64,000 nt of DNA, from assembly GCA_902800345.1 (NCBI GenBank), contig CADCDO010000011.1, forward strand, positions 6,084 through 70,083. Reading direction: 5' to 3'. Numbering within the stretch: position 1 is the stretch's first letter; each line of letters starts with the position of its first letter. Made by a program: the position numbers and the translations under genes. The notes under the pieces are model-generated. The model had not been told where the DNA came from. It saw only the letters and a list, made by a program, of their open reading frames with translations, and searched no databases. Shown here one piece after another: positions 51,156 through 60,028 of this stretch. This DNA is from Fibrobacter succinogenes. Lineage in GTDB: Bacteria; Fibrobacterota; Fibrobacteria; Fibrobacterales; Fibrobacteraceae.

Positions 51156-51282
51156 AGCTAAATAAATAATACAAAAACATTTTACTGTCAACAATTGTAA
51201 AACGGGACAAATGTGTAAAGCCATAAAAAAAGTTCCGACAAAATGTCGGAACTTTTGGCTTAAAACTCAAAAGCGCTTAAAA

Positions 51283-53013
51283 CTACTTGCCCGGGGTCGG
51301 ATCGAGAGCCTGCCAGGAGGCGCTCCCGTAACCCATCGTAGTATAGTCCTTGCGGTTGAGGCTCTTGCCCTTGCCGTCAGCTTCGGTCAATCCCGACCAG
51401 CGGTCATTATAAATTGTCGCGTCGGAAATTTCGTAATACCACTGCTTGGTGCCATCGCTCTTTGCCGTAAACGAGAACGGCTTCTTGACAGCGACCGTTT
51501 CACCGCGGTTCGAGAGCTTACCCGCATAGAAACGGATAAGAACATTTTCCGGGATGCTGTAACGGGCACGGAGCAAATCTTCCTTTGTCTTCATGGAATC
51601 GTTGAACAAGACCATCATTCCACCAGCCGGAAGAACATCGGTCGAAGAGAATTCTATATTCACGCCTTCAATTTTCCAGCCTTTTGACTGACCATTGACG
51701 GACTCAAACAAGGTAACATTTTCCGTTCCCTTGTTTACAATTTCAAGGAATTCCATGTCGTTGGGGTTGGTTTCATTTTCGTGATAATTGATTTCGCTGA
51801 TGAAAATCGGACCTGCCTTGAGAGCGGAGTTCGCGGCACCCGGAGTTTCGGTCGCCATCGTCCCCTGAACCGAGGAACCACCAGCCACATCGACAACACC
51901 GCTAGACTGCGTACCCGCCGAAAGCATCAAGCTCGTTTCCTTGCCGGTACGCGTACCGGAAGCGGCTTCGTACAGATAAATTTCATCACCATTGTTGCCC
52001 AGGTAAAGGCCGTCATCTCCAAAGACTGCGGCGGTCGATTCCAAAAGCAGGTAACCGTTGGCCGGGACAACCGTATTGTCGCCACCAATCTTCCAGGTCT
52101 TATCCTTTTTCTTGGATTCGAGTTCCCAGCCCTTGACATCGACAGGAGCGCTGCCATAGTTGTAGAGTTCAATCCAGCCATCCGTTTCATTGATGACAAA
52201 CGGCTTGATTTCGTTCAGACGTACCGTCGTAGCGTCGAGAACCTTGTCGCCGCCAGCACACGGATTGCCATTTTCGACAGAGCTTGCACCCCACGAAGAC
52301 GGATCCGCTTCGCTGCCCGAACCCTTATACACAAGAGTACGGCCCTTGCCATCCGCAAGGCTCGGCCAAGGCGGTTCGTTACTGAAAGCGGCGCTCACGT
52401 CACCGGAACCATGGATCTTCACATCGACGACATCGCCCTCGTTGATGAGCTTTGCCACCTGATCAGTCTTGGGATCCTTGTCCCACGGGCCAAAGACGCG
52501 GCAATTAGCCGGCAAATTCTTGTAAGTGGACTTGAACGTTGTCGGGTCATTCGTCACGATGACATATTCGCCCTTTTTCAATCCCCCTGACGGGAACGCA
52601 AAATTGACGGCACCGTCCAGACGGAGCCCGCTCAATTCCATGTCGCCGATATCCGGACCGGCCTTGATATAGACTTCGACCCATTCCAGCGCAGAACCGC
52701 CCGGAGCGTTGTACATGATTTCAGAAACACCCATCTGAGACGAAGCGCTGTCTATAGGATCGATACTCTCGCTAGACATCGGAACAGGAACTGTCGCAGA
52801 AGATGAAGTCGGAACTGTGGCCGATGAAGGCGTCTGGGCTTCGCCAGCGCTACTATTCGGAGCAACTTCAGAAGAACCCGGAACAACCATCGCGGAACTG
52901 GAGAGCCCCGGATCCGGAGGGGTTACTGGACTACTTTCGTCATCGGAGCAGGCAGAGAACATGCTCAACAGAGAGACACAAGTGCCAACTGCAAGCCATT
53001 TTTTTGTATTCAT
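51283..53013 (-). CDS. Lipoprotein with three lamin-tail (LTD)-like domains
   Basis: 576 aa with a lipobox (LSMFSAC) and a Ser/Pro-rich linker. There are three LTD-like starts: VSEIMYNAP..LEWVEVY, RLNEIKP...GWIELYNYG and ISEINYHEN...EFLEIVNKG. Confidence 0.55.
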   Translation of the reverse strand: MNTKKWLAVGTCVSLLSMFSACSDDESSPVTPPDPGLSSSAMVVPGSSEVAPNSSAGEAQTPSSATVPTSSSATVPVPMSSESIDPIDSASSQMGVSEIMYNAPGGSALEWVEVYIKAGPDIGDMELSGLRLDGAVNFAFPSGGLKKGEYVIVTNDPTTFKSTYKNLPANCRVFGPWDKDPKTDQVAKLINEGDVVDVKIHGSGDVSAAFSNEPPWPSLADGKGRTLVYKGSGSEADPSSWGASSVENGNPCAGGDKVLDATTVRLNEIKPFVINETDGWIELYNYGSAPVDVKGWELESKKKDKTWKIGGDNTVVPANGYLLLESTAAVFGDDGLYLGNNGDEIYLYEAASGTRTGKETSLMLSAGTQSSGVVDVAGGSSVQGTMATETPGAANSALKAGPIFISEINYHENETNPNDMEFLEIVNKGTENVTLFESVNGQSKGWKIEGVNIEFSSTDVLPAGGMMVLFNDSMKTKEDLLRARYSIPENVLIRFYAGKLSNRGETVAVKKPFSFTAKSDGTKQWYYEISDATIYNDRWSGLTEADGKGKSLNRKDYTTMGYGSASWQALDPTPGK

Positions 53014-53046
53014 AAGCGCCTTCCTTGTTATTTGTTTAAATCCTTA

Positions 53047-53865
53047 TTAAAAGTTTCCCGCGAGGCGAGTCCAGTACGGACTCTTGAAACGACGCGGATT
53101 TTCGTAAACTCGTTTCCATTCCGCAGCGGCATTCCCGAATTTGGAAAACGCGGAATGCTTCAAATTAAACGCGCGAATCAAGTCGAACATCCAGTAGGGC
53201 ATCTGGGCCGCCGGACATTTGAGTTCCAACACGGCATCGGCGCCAGGCTGGAAGAATCGCGGAATACCCGTGGAATGCATGTAGTGCGGGTCCACCGTAT
53301 AGTCAAAGCCGTTCTCTTCACGGAAACGCATGCCCGTGTCGATCGTCACGCGGGAATACTCCTCGCGCAGACCGAACCACGCACGACGCTTGTACTGCGT
53401 CAAAAGACGCGGATGCGCATGGTGAACTTCAGTCTTGTACAAGAAGTCCTTGAGATACATGCGGTCCTTGTCGCTCTTGCAGGGCCATTCATCGGGTTTC
53501 ATGTTCCAGACTTCGCCCGGATTGATTCCCTTGATAGTTGCACGGCTCTTGTAGCAAATGTTGCGAATCTTGCGTTTGCACTCGAAGTGGAACGTACCTT
53601 CCTGAGCCGGATGCTCCCCGTAAGTGCGGATACGCATGTTGAACCGGTCCAAAAGCTGTTTCTTTTTCCAGCCGAGGAACGTCCACGTCGGAGAATCCAG
53701 GTAAAGGTTCGTAATCCAGTAGAATCCACCCGGAGTAATCTTGGAATAATAGTCTTCTTCGCAATACGGCGCAAGGAACGCACCAATCCGGTCCGCCCAT
53801 TCGACGGGGATATGGTACTTCAGTTCGAAGCGTTCGAGAAGACTAAATCCACGGGCCTCAGCCAT
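53047..53865 (-). CDS. VTC-domain (CYTH-like polyphosphate-polymerase-domain) protein
   Basis: 272 aa. The N-terminal ERFELKYHIP carries the ExK motif of CYTH/VTC tunnel enzymes, and Arg/Lys-rich beta strands recur (RIRTYG, FECKRK, RVTIDTGMRF, LELK). Confidence 0.65.
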   Translation of the reverse strand: MAEARGFSLLERFELKYHIPVEWADRIGAFLAPYCEEDYYSKITPGGFYWITNLYLDSPTWTFLGWKKKQLLDRFNMRIRTYGEHPAQEGTFHFECKRKIRNICYKSRATIKGINPGEVWNMKPDEWPCKSDKDRMYLKDFLYKTEVHHAHPRLLTQYKRRAWFGLREEYSRVTIDTGMRFREENGFDYTVDPHYMHSTGIPRFFQPGADAVLELKCPAAQMPYWMFDLIRAFNLKHSAFSKFGNAAAEWKRVYENPRRFKSPYWTRLAGNF

Positions 53866-53868
53866 AAA

Positions 53869-55269
53869 CTACCTGATTCCTTCACGAAGATGGTTCAGCA
53901 CGTCCTGACGGGCAAGACCACCGGCGTAATCGAGCAGAGACAAGTAACGGGCGTAAATATCATACTCGAGCTTAGCGGCCTTCAAGTCGCTTTCGAGAGA
54001 ACTTTCGCGAGCACGGAGAAGCAGAAGCGGGTCGGAACCGGCATTACGGGCGAACTGCTCCATAAAGCCGCTTGCGTTAACTTGTTCGGCATAATCCTTC
54101 AAAACTTTCCACTGGTCGATCAGCGCAAGAACTTCTTCGGTCAAGCGCGCGACCTTCTGGTTCACTTCGCGGACATCGTCTAGATACTTGCTTTCGGCAT
54201 CCAGCGTTTCGACCTGTTCACGGAGAGAGGCATCCTTGTTGCTGTCGAAGAACGGCAGGCGGAAAGCCAGGTTCACAAAGAACTTGTCCGCAGTCCTGCG
54301 GTCATCCGTTTCGGGAACAAGCTTGCGGAGCGTGCTATTCTCGTTATACGTGCCGTAACAGTCTCCATTCTTGAATTCTGCATTACAGGCATTTGCCTTC
54401 CACTCGTTCATGTACTTATTGTACTTGTCCTTGCTCACGTCGCTGTAATCCAAGTCCTTGTACTTTTCCATCAAGGATTCAATCTGGAGCGAGTAACCTA
54501 TGCCTATATGAGAAATGTAGTTGCGGTCCTTGCTCGCATCCTGCTTCGCCTTCGAGATGTCGGAATCGCGCTTGCCCTTCGCTAACGCCACGAGCGGGAA
54601 GTTTTCGTCAACAGTCACACCGTTCTTCAAGAACCCTGCAAGCTCTTCCATCGTCGGCATGAAGTTCGAATCGAGGTCAACCACATCAAAGTCCGGCACC
54701 CAAATTTTCAGCTTGAGTTCTGCATCGCGGAGCGCTGTGCTGTCCGAAAGAATATTCGACTTGAGCGACGCATTCTTTTCGAGCGATGCCATCAAATCTT
54801 CGGCATTGAACGTAGCGGACCCCGCCTTGATGTGAAGCACATCGATGCGGTCGTTATTGACCTGCAACAACTGCTTGTTGATTTCGTTAATCTTCTTGCG
54901 CAATACATAACGAACACCGCGTTCGTAACGGTCGTAAAGGAGGATTGAGCGTTCAACGGCAAAGCTTGCCTGCTGGTAATTCTTGGCAGCCTCGTAATGA
55001 GCCCTGTCGGCAGCGCGTTCGCCAAAAGCCTGCGGAGTCACGCGGAGTTCAAAGTCGTGCTTGGCAAAGCTAAAGCCGTCCAGCTGGTAACGGAGCTCGA
55101 TTTTATCCCAAAGTTTGAGATTCCGCTCTGTCGCGGTCGCTTCGGCTCGCTTTTGTGCCGCATCATATCTCGGATCATTTTTTGCAGAATTAACAAGTCT
55201 GTCCCACGTGAGCGGGCTTGCAATGGCGGCTGCGGAGAGCGCAAGCGATATGAGAGTTACGTTTTTCAT
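53869..55269 (-). CDS. TolC-like outer-membrane factor (divergent)
   Basis: 466 aa with a signal peptide and long heptad-rich helical segments alternating with short beta segments. It abuts an HlyD-like gene with no gap. The assignment rests on architecture only. Confidence 0.45.
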   Translation of the reverse strand: MKNVTLISLALSAAAIASPLTWDRLVNSAKNDPRYDAAQKRAEATATERNLKLWDKIELRYQLDGFSFAKHDFELRVTPQAFGERAADRAHYEAAKNYQQASFAVERSILLYDRYERGVRYVLRKKINEINKQLLQVNNDRIDVLHIKAGSATFNAEDLMASLEKNASLKSNILSDSTALRDAELKLKIWVPDFDVVDLDSNFMPTMEELAGFLKNGVTVDENFPLVALAKGKRDSDISKAKQDASKDRNYISHIGIGYSLQIESLMEKYKDLDYSDVSKDKYNKYMNEWKANACNAEFKNGDCYGTYNENSTLRKLVPETDDRRTADKFFVNLAFRLPFFDSNKDASLREQVETLDAESKYLDDVREVNQKVARLTEEVLALIDQWKVLKDYAEQVNASGFMEQFARNAGSDPLLLLRARESSLESDLKAAKLEYDIYARYLSLLDYAGGLARQDVLNHLREGIR

Positions 55270-56379
55270 TTATTTCTTAGCCTTCTGTTGCTGCTTCTGC
55301 AAATTACGTTTGCTGGTTTCAGTGATGGACACCATTTCGCCCAACAAGAACGAGTTGTCTTCGGGAATCTTGATGGTCACTTCACGACCATAGACGGGCA
55401 ATTCGGGCATCTTCCACATACGCGTCGGGAAGGGCACGATACGGCTCGAAAGACCGACAATTTCGCCAATCACAGCCTTGCCCGTACCGGCGAGCGTGGT
55501 CACCTTTACCGCTTCGCCAACTTCCGTGTTCTGGTAAATCTGTTCGTTGATGTAGCCGCGGATGAGCGTCGGGGACTTGTGGGCGAGCGTTATGATCGGA
55601 GCAAAGCTGGAAACCTTTTCTCCATCGCGAACGTTCACGTCGCCAACGACCCAGCTTTCCTTAGCAATCTGCGTGAGTTCCTTCTGCTGCTTGCGCATTT
55701 CAGCAAGTTCCTTACGGATGTTCGCAGCTTCGCTCTTGCCGCTAGACTTCTGGAGGCGGCCACTGCCACGGAGAAGAGCAATCTGTTCGTTCGCGCTCTT
55801 GACAGCCAGGTTCAGTTCGTTCTTCAAGCTCTTGATGCGCATCGCCATGGCGTCGTTACCGTCGGACTTGGATTTCGAGTTGGAGAGGCTCTTGAGCTTT
55901 GCGGAGATGGCCTTGTTGCTTTCGTATTCCGTTTCGAGGTTGCGGATTTCGGCAGAAAGGGCCAAGCGGCGAGTTTCGAGGTTTGCCTTGACTTCGGCGA
56001 CCTTCTGGTCGATTTCGGCGGAGCTCAAGTTGCTGCGACCTTCAAGAGCGTCGAGTTCACGAGTGAGTTCTGCGATGCGGAGCGTGAGGTCCGGGCGATT
56101 GATGACCACGATGGTATCGCCTTCCTTGACTTCCTGACCCGGCACCACATAAACCTTGACGATTTCCGTCGGGCTCGGGAGGCTGATAATCGTTTCGCTC
56201 GATTCCGCAATGCCGCGGTACATGGCGACCTTACCCTGGTAGATAAAGCCCAGGACGATGGCGAAGACCACGCAAAGAATCCAGGCTAGGGAGAGTTTGT
56301 GAGTATAAACGTAAGCGACACCCGCATTGTTCTTGTGGGTATTCCAGAAATTGTCGAGAAGATCTTCAAGCTTATTCAT
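55270..56379 (-). CDS. HlyD-like periplasmic adaptor protein
   Basis: 369 aa with one TM (LAWILCVVFAIVLGFIY), a lipoyl-like motif (VVPGQEVKEGDTIVVI), a coiled coil of about 150 aa and a beta-barrel C-terminus. Confidence 0.6.
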   Translation of the reverse strand: MNKLEDLLDNFWNTHKNNAGVAYVYTHKLSLAWILCVVFAIVLGFIYQGKVAMYRGIAESSETIISLPSPTEIVKVYVVPGQEVKEGDTIVVINRPDLTLRIAELTRELDALEGRSNLSSAEIDQKVAEVKANLETRRLALSAEIRNLETEYESNKAISAKLKSLSNSKSKSDGNDAMAMRIKSLKNELNLAVKSANEQIALLRGSGRLQKSSGKSEAANIRKELAEMRKQQKELTQIAKESWVVGDVNVRDGEKVSSFAPIITLAHKSPTLIRGYINEQIYQNTEVGEAVKVTTLAGTGKAVIGEIVGLSSRIVPFPTRMWKMPELPVYGREVTIKIPEDNSFLLGEMVSITETSKRNLQKQQQKAKK

Positions 56380-56392
56380 TTTTCAAACCTCC

Positions 56393-57076
56393 TTACATTT
56401 CCGTCGTGGCGTCTTGCATCATGAACTGGACGTCCGAAATGCCCTCGATCTTTGAAAGCAACGTAAGGATTTCGGCAGCGGGTTTCGTCGCGCGGAGACG
56501 AATCTGGTAGGCGACGTCAAGACGTGCACCGCCATCCACTTCGCGCATTGTAATCAAAATAAACGTCTTTAAATTGCCCTTCATGATATCTTCGACCTGG
56601 CCACGGACCTTCGGTTCATTCGGAAGAGCAAAGCGGAGCATGCCGTCAAAGAAGTGCTTGGTACCAAGACCTGTACGGGAGAGAAGGAACGCAACACAGC
56701 AGAACGCAATCGTTCCGCCCACGGCGGCGCCCCAGGCATAGACACCGCAACCGATACCCGCCCCTAGCGCCGCGAATATGAACATGATATCTCGCGGATC
56801 TTTGAAACTTGTACGGAAACGGACCACCGAGAGGGCGCCCATCATGCCGAGACCGCGGCCGACGTTATCGCCGATGGCCTGCATAATCATCGAAGCAGCA
56901 ACCGCGCTCAAGACGATGCCCTGCACGAAGTTGCGAGAATAGGAAAGCCCGAGGAAGGTCTTTTCGTACGTCCAACCAATGGCAGAAGACAGGATGAACG
57001 CCAGGATCAAGGTGTAAGCAAGCGTAATAATCGTTGCGTTTGTTGTGCTGGACTGGACAGCAAGAAGGTCAAGCAT
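56393..57076 (-). CDS. DUF4956-domain integral membrane protein
   Basis: 227 aa with 4-5 TM helices. The motif GALSVVRFRTSFKDPRDIMFIFAALGAGIGCG matches my memory of the DUF4956 core (SIIRFRT..KD.RD..F.F). The family typically partners with VTC-domain genes. Confidence 0.6.
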   Translation of the reverse strand: MLDLLAVQSSTTNATIITLAYTLILAFILSSAIGWTYEKTFLGLSYSRNFVQGIVLSAVAASMIMQAIGDNVGRGLGMMGALSVVRFRTSFKDPRDIMFIFAALGAGIGCGVYAWGAAVGGTIAFCCVAFLLSRTGLGTKHFFDGMLRFALPNEPKVRGQVEDIMKGNLKTFILITMREVDGGARLDVAYQIRLRATKPAAEILTLLSKIEGISDVQFMMQDATTEM

Positions 57077-57475
57077 AATAACTCCGTTAATTAATTCTTT
57101 TTTTTTAGCTCGTGGTTCTCAAAATTTACTTAAAAACGGGCATTTTTTTCCCATTTTTATGTAAATAATGGACTAACAAAAACATTACAGTTCCTTTTTT
57201 ACAAGGATTCGGGCGAGTTTCACCCATTTTTGCATCCACAAGCCTTAAAAAACCCACGCTAAAAATAATAAATGTACTTTTTTTCATTTCCAAAAAAAAG
57301 AATTACACGTTGGTTACTCTAACAACGCATTGTAGAAGTCGCAACGTTTGTTTATTTTCGGAAACAGAACGGAGAAATGTTAAAGATAGGAAACATTTTT
57401 TTTGAGGAAGGGCGGGAATCCGCTCAACAGACCTCCATTTCCGAAATCAGGATTCCAAAACAGAGTATGTACCGC

Positions 57476-57510
57476 AAAAAAAAGACCTTCCACTTTCGCG
57501 GAAGGTCTTT
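57476..57510 (-). terminator. Intrinsic terminator after tRNA-Cys
   Basis: A perfect 11-bp stem AAAGACCTTCC / GGAAGGTCTTT has an 8-nt loop. It is followed on the minus strand by T8, directly 3' of the tRNA. Confidence 0.75.
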
Positions 57511-57514
57511 CCAG

Positions 57515-57587
57515 AGGCAACGGGCGGACTCGAACCGCCGAATAAGAGTTTTGCAGACTCGCCCCTTACCAACTTGGGTACGTCGCC
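57515..57587 (-). tRNA. tRNA-Cys (anticodon GCA)
   Basis: I folded this 73-nt cloverleaf by hand. The sequence is GGCGACG-UA-CCCA-AGUUGGUAA-AGGG-G-CGAGU-CUGCAAA-ACUCU-UAUUC-GGCGG-UUCGAGU-CCGCC-CGUUGCC-U. The anticodon loop is CU-GCA-AA. It has the U73 discriminator and the A13:A22 mismatch characteristic of bacterial tRNA-Cys. No CCA is encoded. Confidence 0.93.
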
Positions 57588-57672
57588 GTAAATGATGGGC
57601 GTAATATAAGTAATTTAAGCCAACCTTACAAGGGGTCCGAGCGAAAAAAGTCAAAAAAATTATCTTTTACAT

Positions 57673-58197
57673 GTGAAATTTGCCGTTCTAAAAACAAAAT
57701 TGCTAGCCTGGCTCGGCGCCCTCTGGATGAGAAGCCTCCGCATCCGTCTGCACGAGCCCGACGACTTCCGTCCCGGGATTCTCGGACTTTGGCACAAAGA
57801 TTTGCTCGCAAGCTGCGCCGCCTTCAAGGACAAGAATGTCCACATTCTCGTCTCGGAATCAAGCGACGGGGAATTTTTCGCCCAGGCGGCAAAACGTCTC
57901 CACTACGAAGTGACCCGCGGCTCCGACACGCACGGCGCGACAAACGTGAGGCACCTGCTCCAGTCGCTCAGAAGCGGCCGTTTCGTCGGCATGGCGCTCG
58001 ACGGTCCGCACGGTCCGGCCCTCCAGGTAAAACCCGGTTCGCTTTGGCTATCCAAAGCTAGCGGACGCCCCCTTTGGCTTTTTTGCATCAAGTACGGCAG
58101 GCATTTTCAACTGAACGGATGGGATAATTTCATCATTCCGCTCCCCTTGACAGCTATTGACATCGAAATTAAGTATCTTTTGCCCGAAAGCAATTAA
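57673..58197 (+). CDS. DUF374-domain (lysophospholipid-acyltransferase-like) protein
   Basis: 174 aa with a GTG start. GILGLWHKDLL...VSESSDGEF.A......G...TRGS....G......L......G.....A.DGP.GP matches the DUF374 pattern. Confidence 0.6.
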   Translation: MKFAVLKTKLLAWLGALWMRSLRIRLHEPDDFRPGILGLWHKDLLASCAAFKDKNVHILVSESSDGEFFAQAAKRLHYEVTRGSDTHGATNVRHLLQSLRSGRFVGMALDGPHGPALQVKPGSLWLSKASGRPLWLFCIKYGRHFQLNGWDNFIIPLPLTAIDIEIKYLLPESN

Positions 58198-58214
58198 CAA
58201 AAAGGAACACAGCC

Positions 58215-58862
58215 GTGATAGCATTACCCCCTAAATTTGTCGCATTCGACTTGGAAACGACTGGTCTTGTCAACCGCAAAGACGAAATCATCGAAATTGG
58301 CGCCGTCAAGTTCACTGTAGAGGTGAAAAACGGCCGCGTCGTACCGAAACTCATCTCGGAATTCGACACGCTTGTAAAGCCCAACATGCTTATCCCCGCC
58401 GAGGCCACGAACGTGAACCACATCACCGACAAGATGGTCGAAAACGCCCCGCCTGTCGGCGAAGCGCTCAAGCAGTTCACCGCATTCTGCGGCCCGGGCT
58501 CCATTTTGCTCGCCCACAACGCGAACTTCGACGCAAGTTTCTTGCGCACCGCCTACGAGCAGAACCCGCAGTTCACGCCCGGCAATCCCGTTGTCGATAG
58601 CCTCGCCATTTCCAAGACTATCATGCCGGAACTCGCAAACCACAAGCTCGGTTTCATGGCGAACATGTTCATGAAGCGTGGCGAAATTTCAATGACCATC
58701 GACGAAGAAAAAATGCACCGTTCCGTCTATGACTGCGAAATGCTCATGGAAGTGTTCGTGGCCCTCCTCCGCCGCCGCCTCAAGGAAAAGGAATGGGAAA
58801 TGGGAAGCATCATGCAGGCGATGGCCAAGTACAAAGGCGTCCCGCAGTTCATCAGGAAGTAA
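58215..58862 (+). CDS. DEDD-family 3'-5' exonuclease (DNA polymerase III epsilon-like)
   Basis: 215 aa, with a GTG start preceded by AAAGGAA. The motifs are Exo I FVAFDLETTGL, Exo II LLAHNANFDASFL and Exo III HRSVYDCEML. Confidence 0.8.
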   Translation: MIALPPKFVAFDLETTGLVNRKDEIIEIGAVKFTVEVKNGRVVPKLISEFDTLVKPNMLIPAEATNVNHITDKMVENAPPVGEALKQFTAFCGPGSILLAHNANFDASFLRTAYEQNPQFTPGNPVVDSLAISKTIMPELANHKLGFMANMFMKRGEISMTIDEEKMHRSVYDCEMLMEVFVALLRRRLKEKEWEMGSIMQAMAKYKGVPQFIRK

Positions 58863-58934
58863 TCGGAAGAGCTTAGCAGACAGTTTTTTAAATGAAATTG
58901 CTGTCCTAAAGTTTTCCCTAAAGCCTATAAAGGA

Positions 58935-58959
58935 ATCCCGCTCTGCGGGATTTTTTTTT
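58935..58959 (+). terminator. Intrinsic terminator after the epsilon-like exonuclease gene
   Basis: The stem ATCCCGC / GCGGGAT has loop TCT and is followed by T9. Confidence 0.7.
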
Positions 58960-59165
58960 ACAGAAGCAGAACTCCACTTTTTCTCCTTTTCCCTAAATAA
59001 TACGTATTGTATTATTTAGAAAATCAATTTAAAAAATATCAATATTAATTAGCTATTTTTCACGGATTTTTTAATTTTTGTATAATAGAGAATATTGTTT
59101 TAATTTAAAAAATTACATAATTTTTAGACGCAAGGACACAAATTCACCTCAAAAGGAGAACTTCC

Positions 59166-59963
59166 ATGAACAACAGAAACTTCCTTCACGTCGGAATTTT
59201 TTCGTTAATCGCACTTACAGCCTGCACAAACGAAAATTCTATACCCAGCGCCGCCATCAGCACAAAGGACAATCCGTCAGGACAAATTAAAAACGAGGAG
59301 CCCCAAGGCAACCCCGCAAACGACAGCCTCAAATATTTAACGAACAATCAGGTCATCGCCATCGATTCTTTGCACACACTGGATCGTTACACAGCGCAAT
59401 TCACGGATGACGCAAACGAACTTTCGTTCGACAGCCACGTCCTCGCCTACAACGGAAGCGTGCTTTCATCGGCCATTATGATCCAAGTCAGCGAAACCAA
59501 AGCAGTAGAGGACATTCCTTCGTGGCCCATTTTTGAAACAACAGCCGACAATGTCGCCAAATACTTCCCGGCATCCGACCCCCTCACAAGCAAGCGAATG
59601 AACCAAAGCAACTGCAAATTCTACACCGTCATGGTCAACGACGGCGGCCAACCCACGGGACATGTGCTCACCAAGATATCTAGCGGCTCCGTCGAAGTCA
59701 CAAGTGTCAACATGGGAGGCGAACACCCACTGACCAGCAATTACTTCCCCGTCGCTTTCCTCGTTCAAGATTGCGAAGGACTCATCGACGAGAATTCCGA
59801 AATAACGCACAAAAGCTTTACAAGCAGGACCTGGTGCACAAACAAGAGACTAAGAATGATTAGCGACAAGGAAGACAAACACGATTCGATTTGCGACGAA
59901 AATGCCCATACCGATGCATCCACCTACGGAGAATGGTACAACTCCAACCTGATAGCCCCATAA
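59166..59963 (+). CDS. Lipoprotein, function unknown
   Basis: 265 aa with a signal peptide and lipobox (SLIALTAC). It is flanked by AT-rich promoter DNA and an intrinsic terminator. Confidence 0.5.
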   Translation: MNNRNFLHVGIFSLIALTACTNENSIPSAAISTKDNPSGQIKNEEPQGNPANDSLKYLTNNQVIAIDSLHTLDRYTAQFTDDANELSFDSHVLAYNGSVLSSAIMIQVSETKAVEDIPSWPIFETTADNVAKYFPASDPLTSKRMNQSNCKFYTVMVNDGGQPTGHVLTKISSGSVEVTSVNMGGEHPLTSNYFPVAFLVQDCEGLIDENSEITHKSFTSRTWCTNKRLRMISDKEDKHDSICDENAHTDASTYGEWYNSNLIAP

Positions 59964-59983
59964 TTAGCCTCCTAAAAAACGAA

Positions 59984-60011
59984 CCTCCCGTCGCTATGGC
60001 GGGAGGTTTTT
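59984..60011. terminator. Bidirectional intrinsic terminator between convergent genes
   Basis: The stem CCTCCCG / CGGGAGG has a 9-nt loop. It is flanked by an A-run upstream and TTTTT downstream, between the 59166..59963(+) and 60029..62188(-) genes. Confidence 0.65.
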
Positions 60012-60028
60012 CGTACAGACGCTAACGA

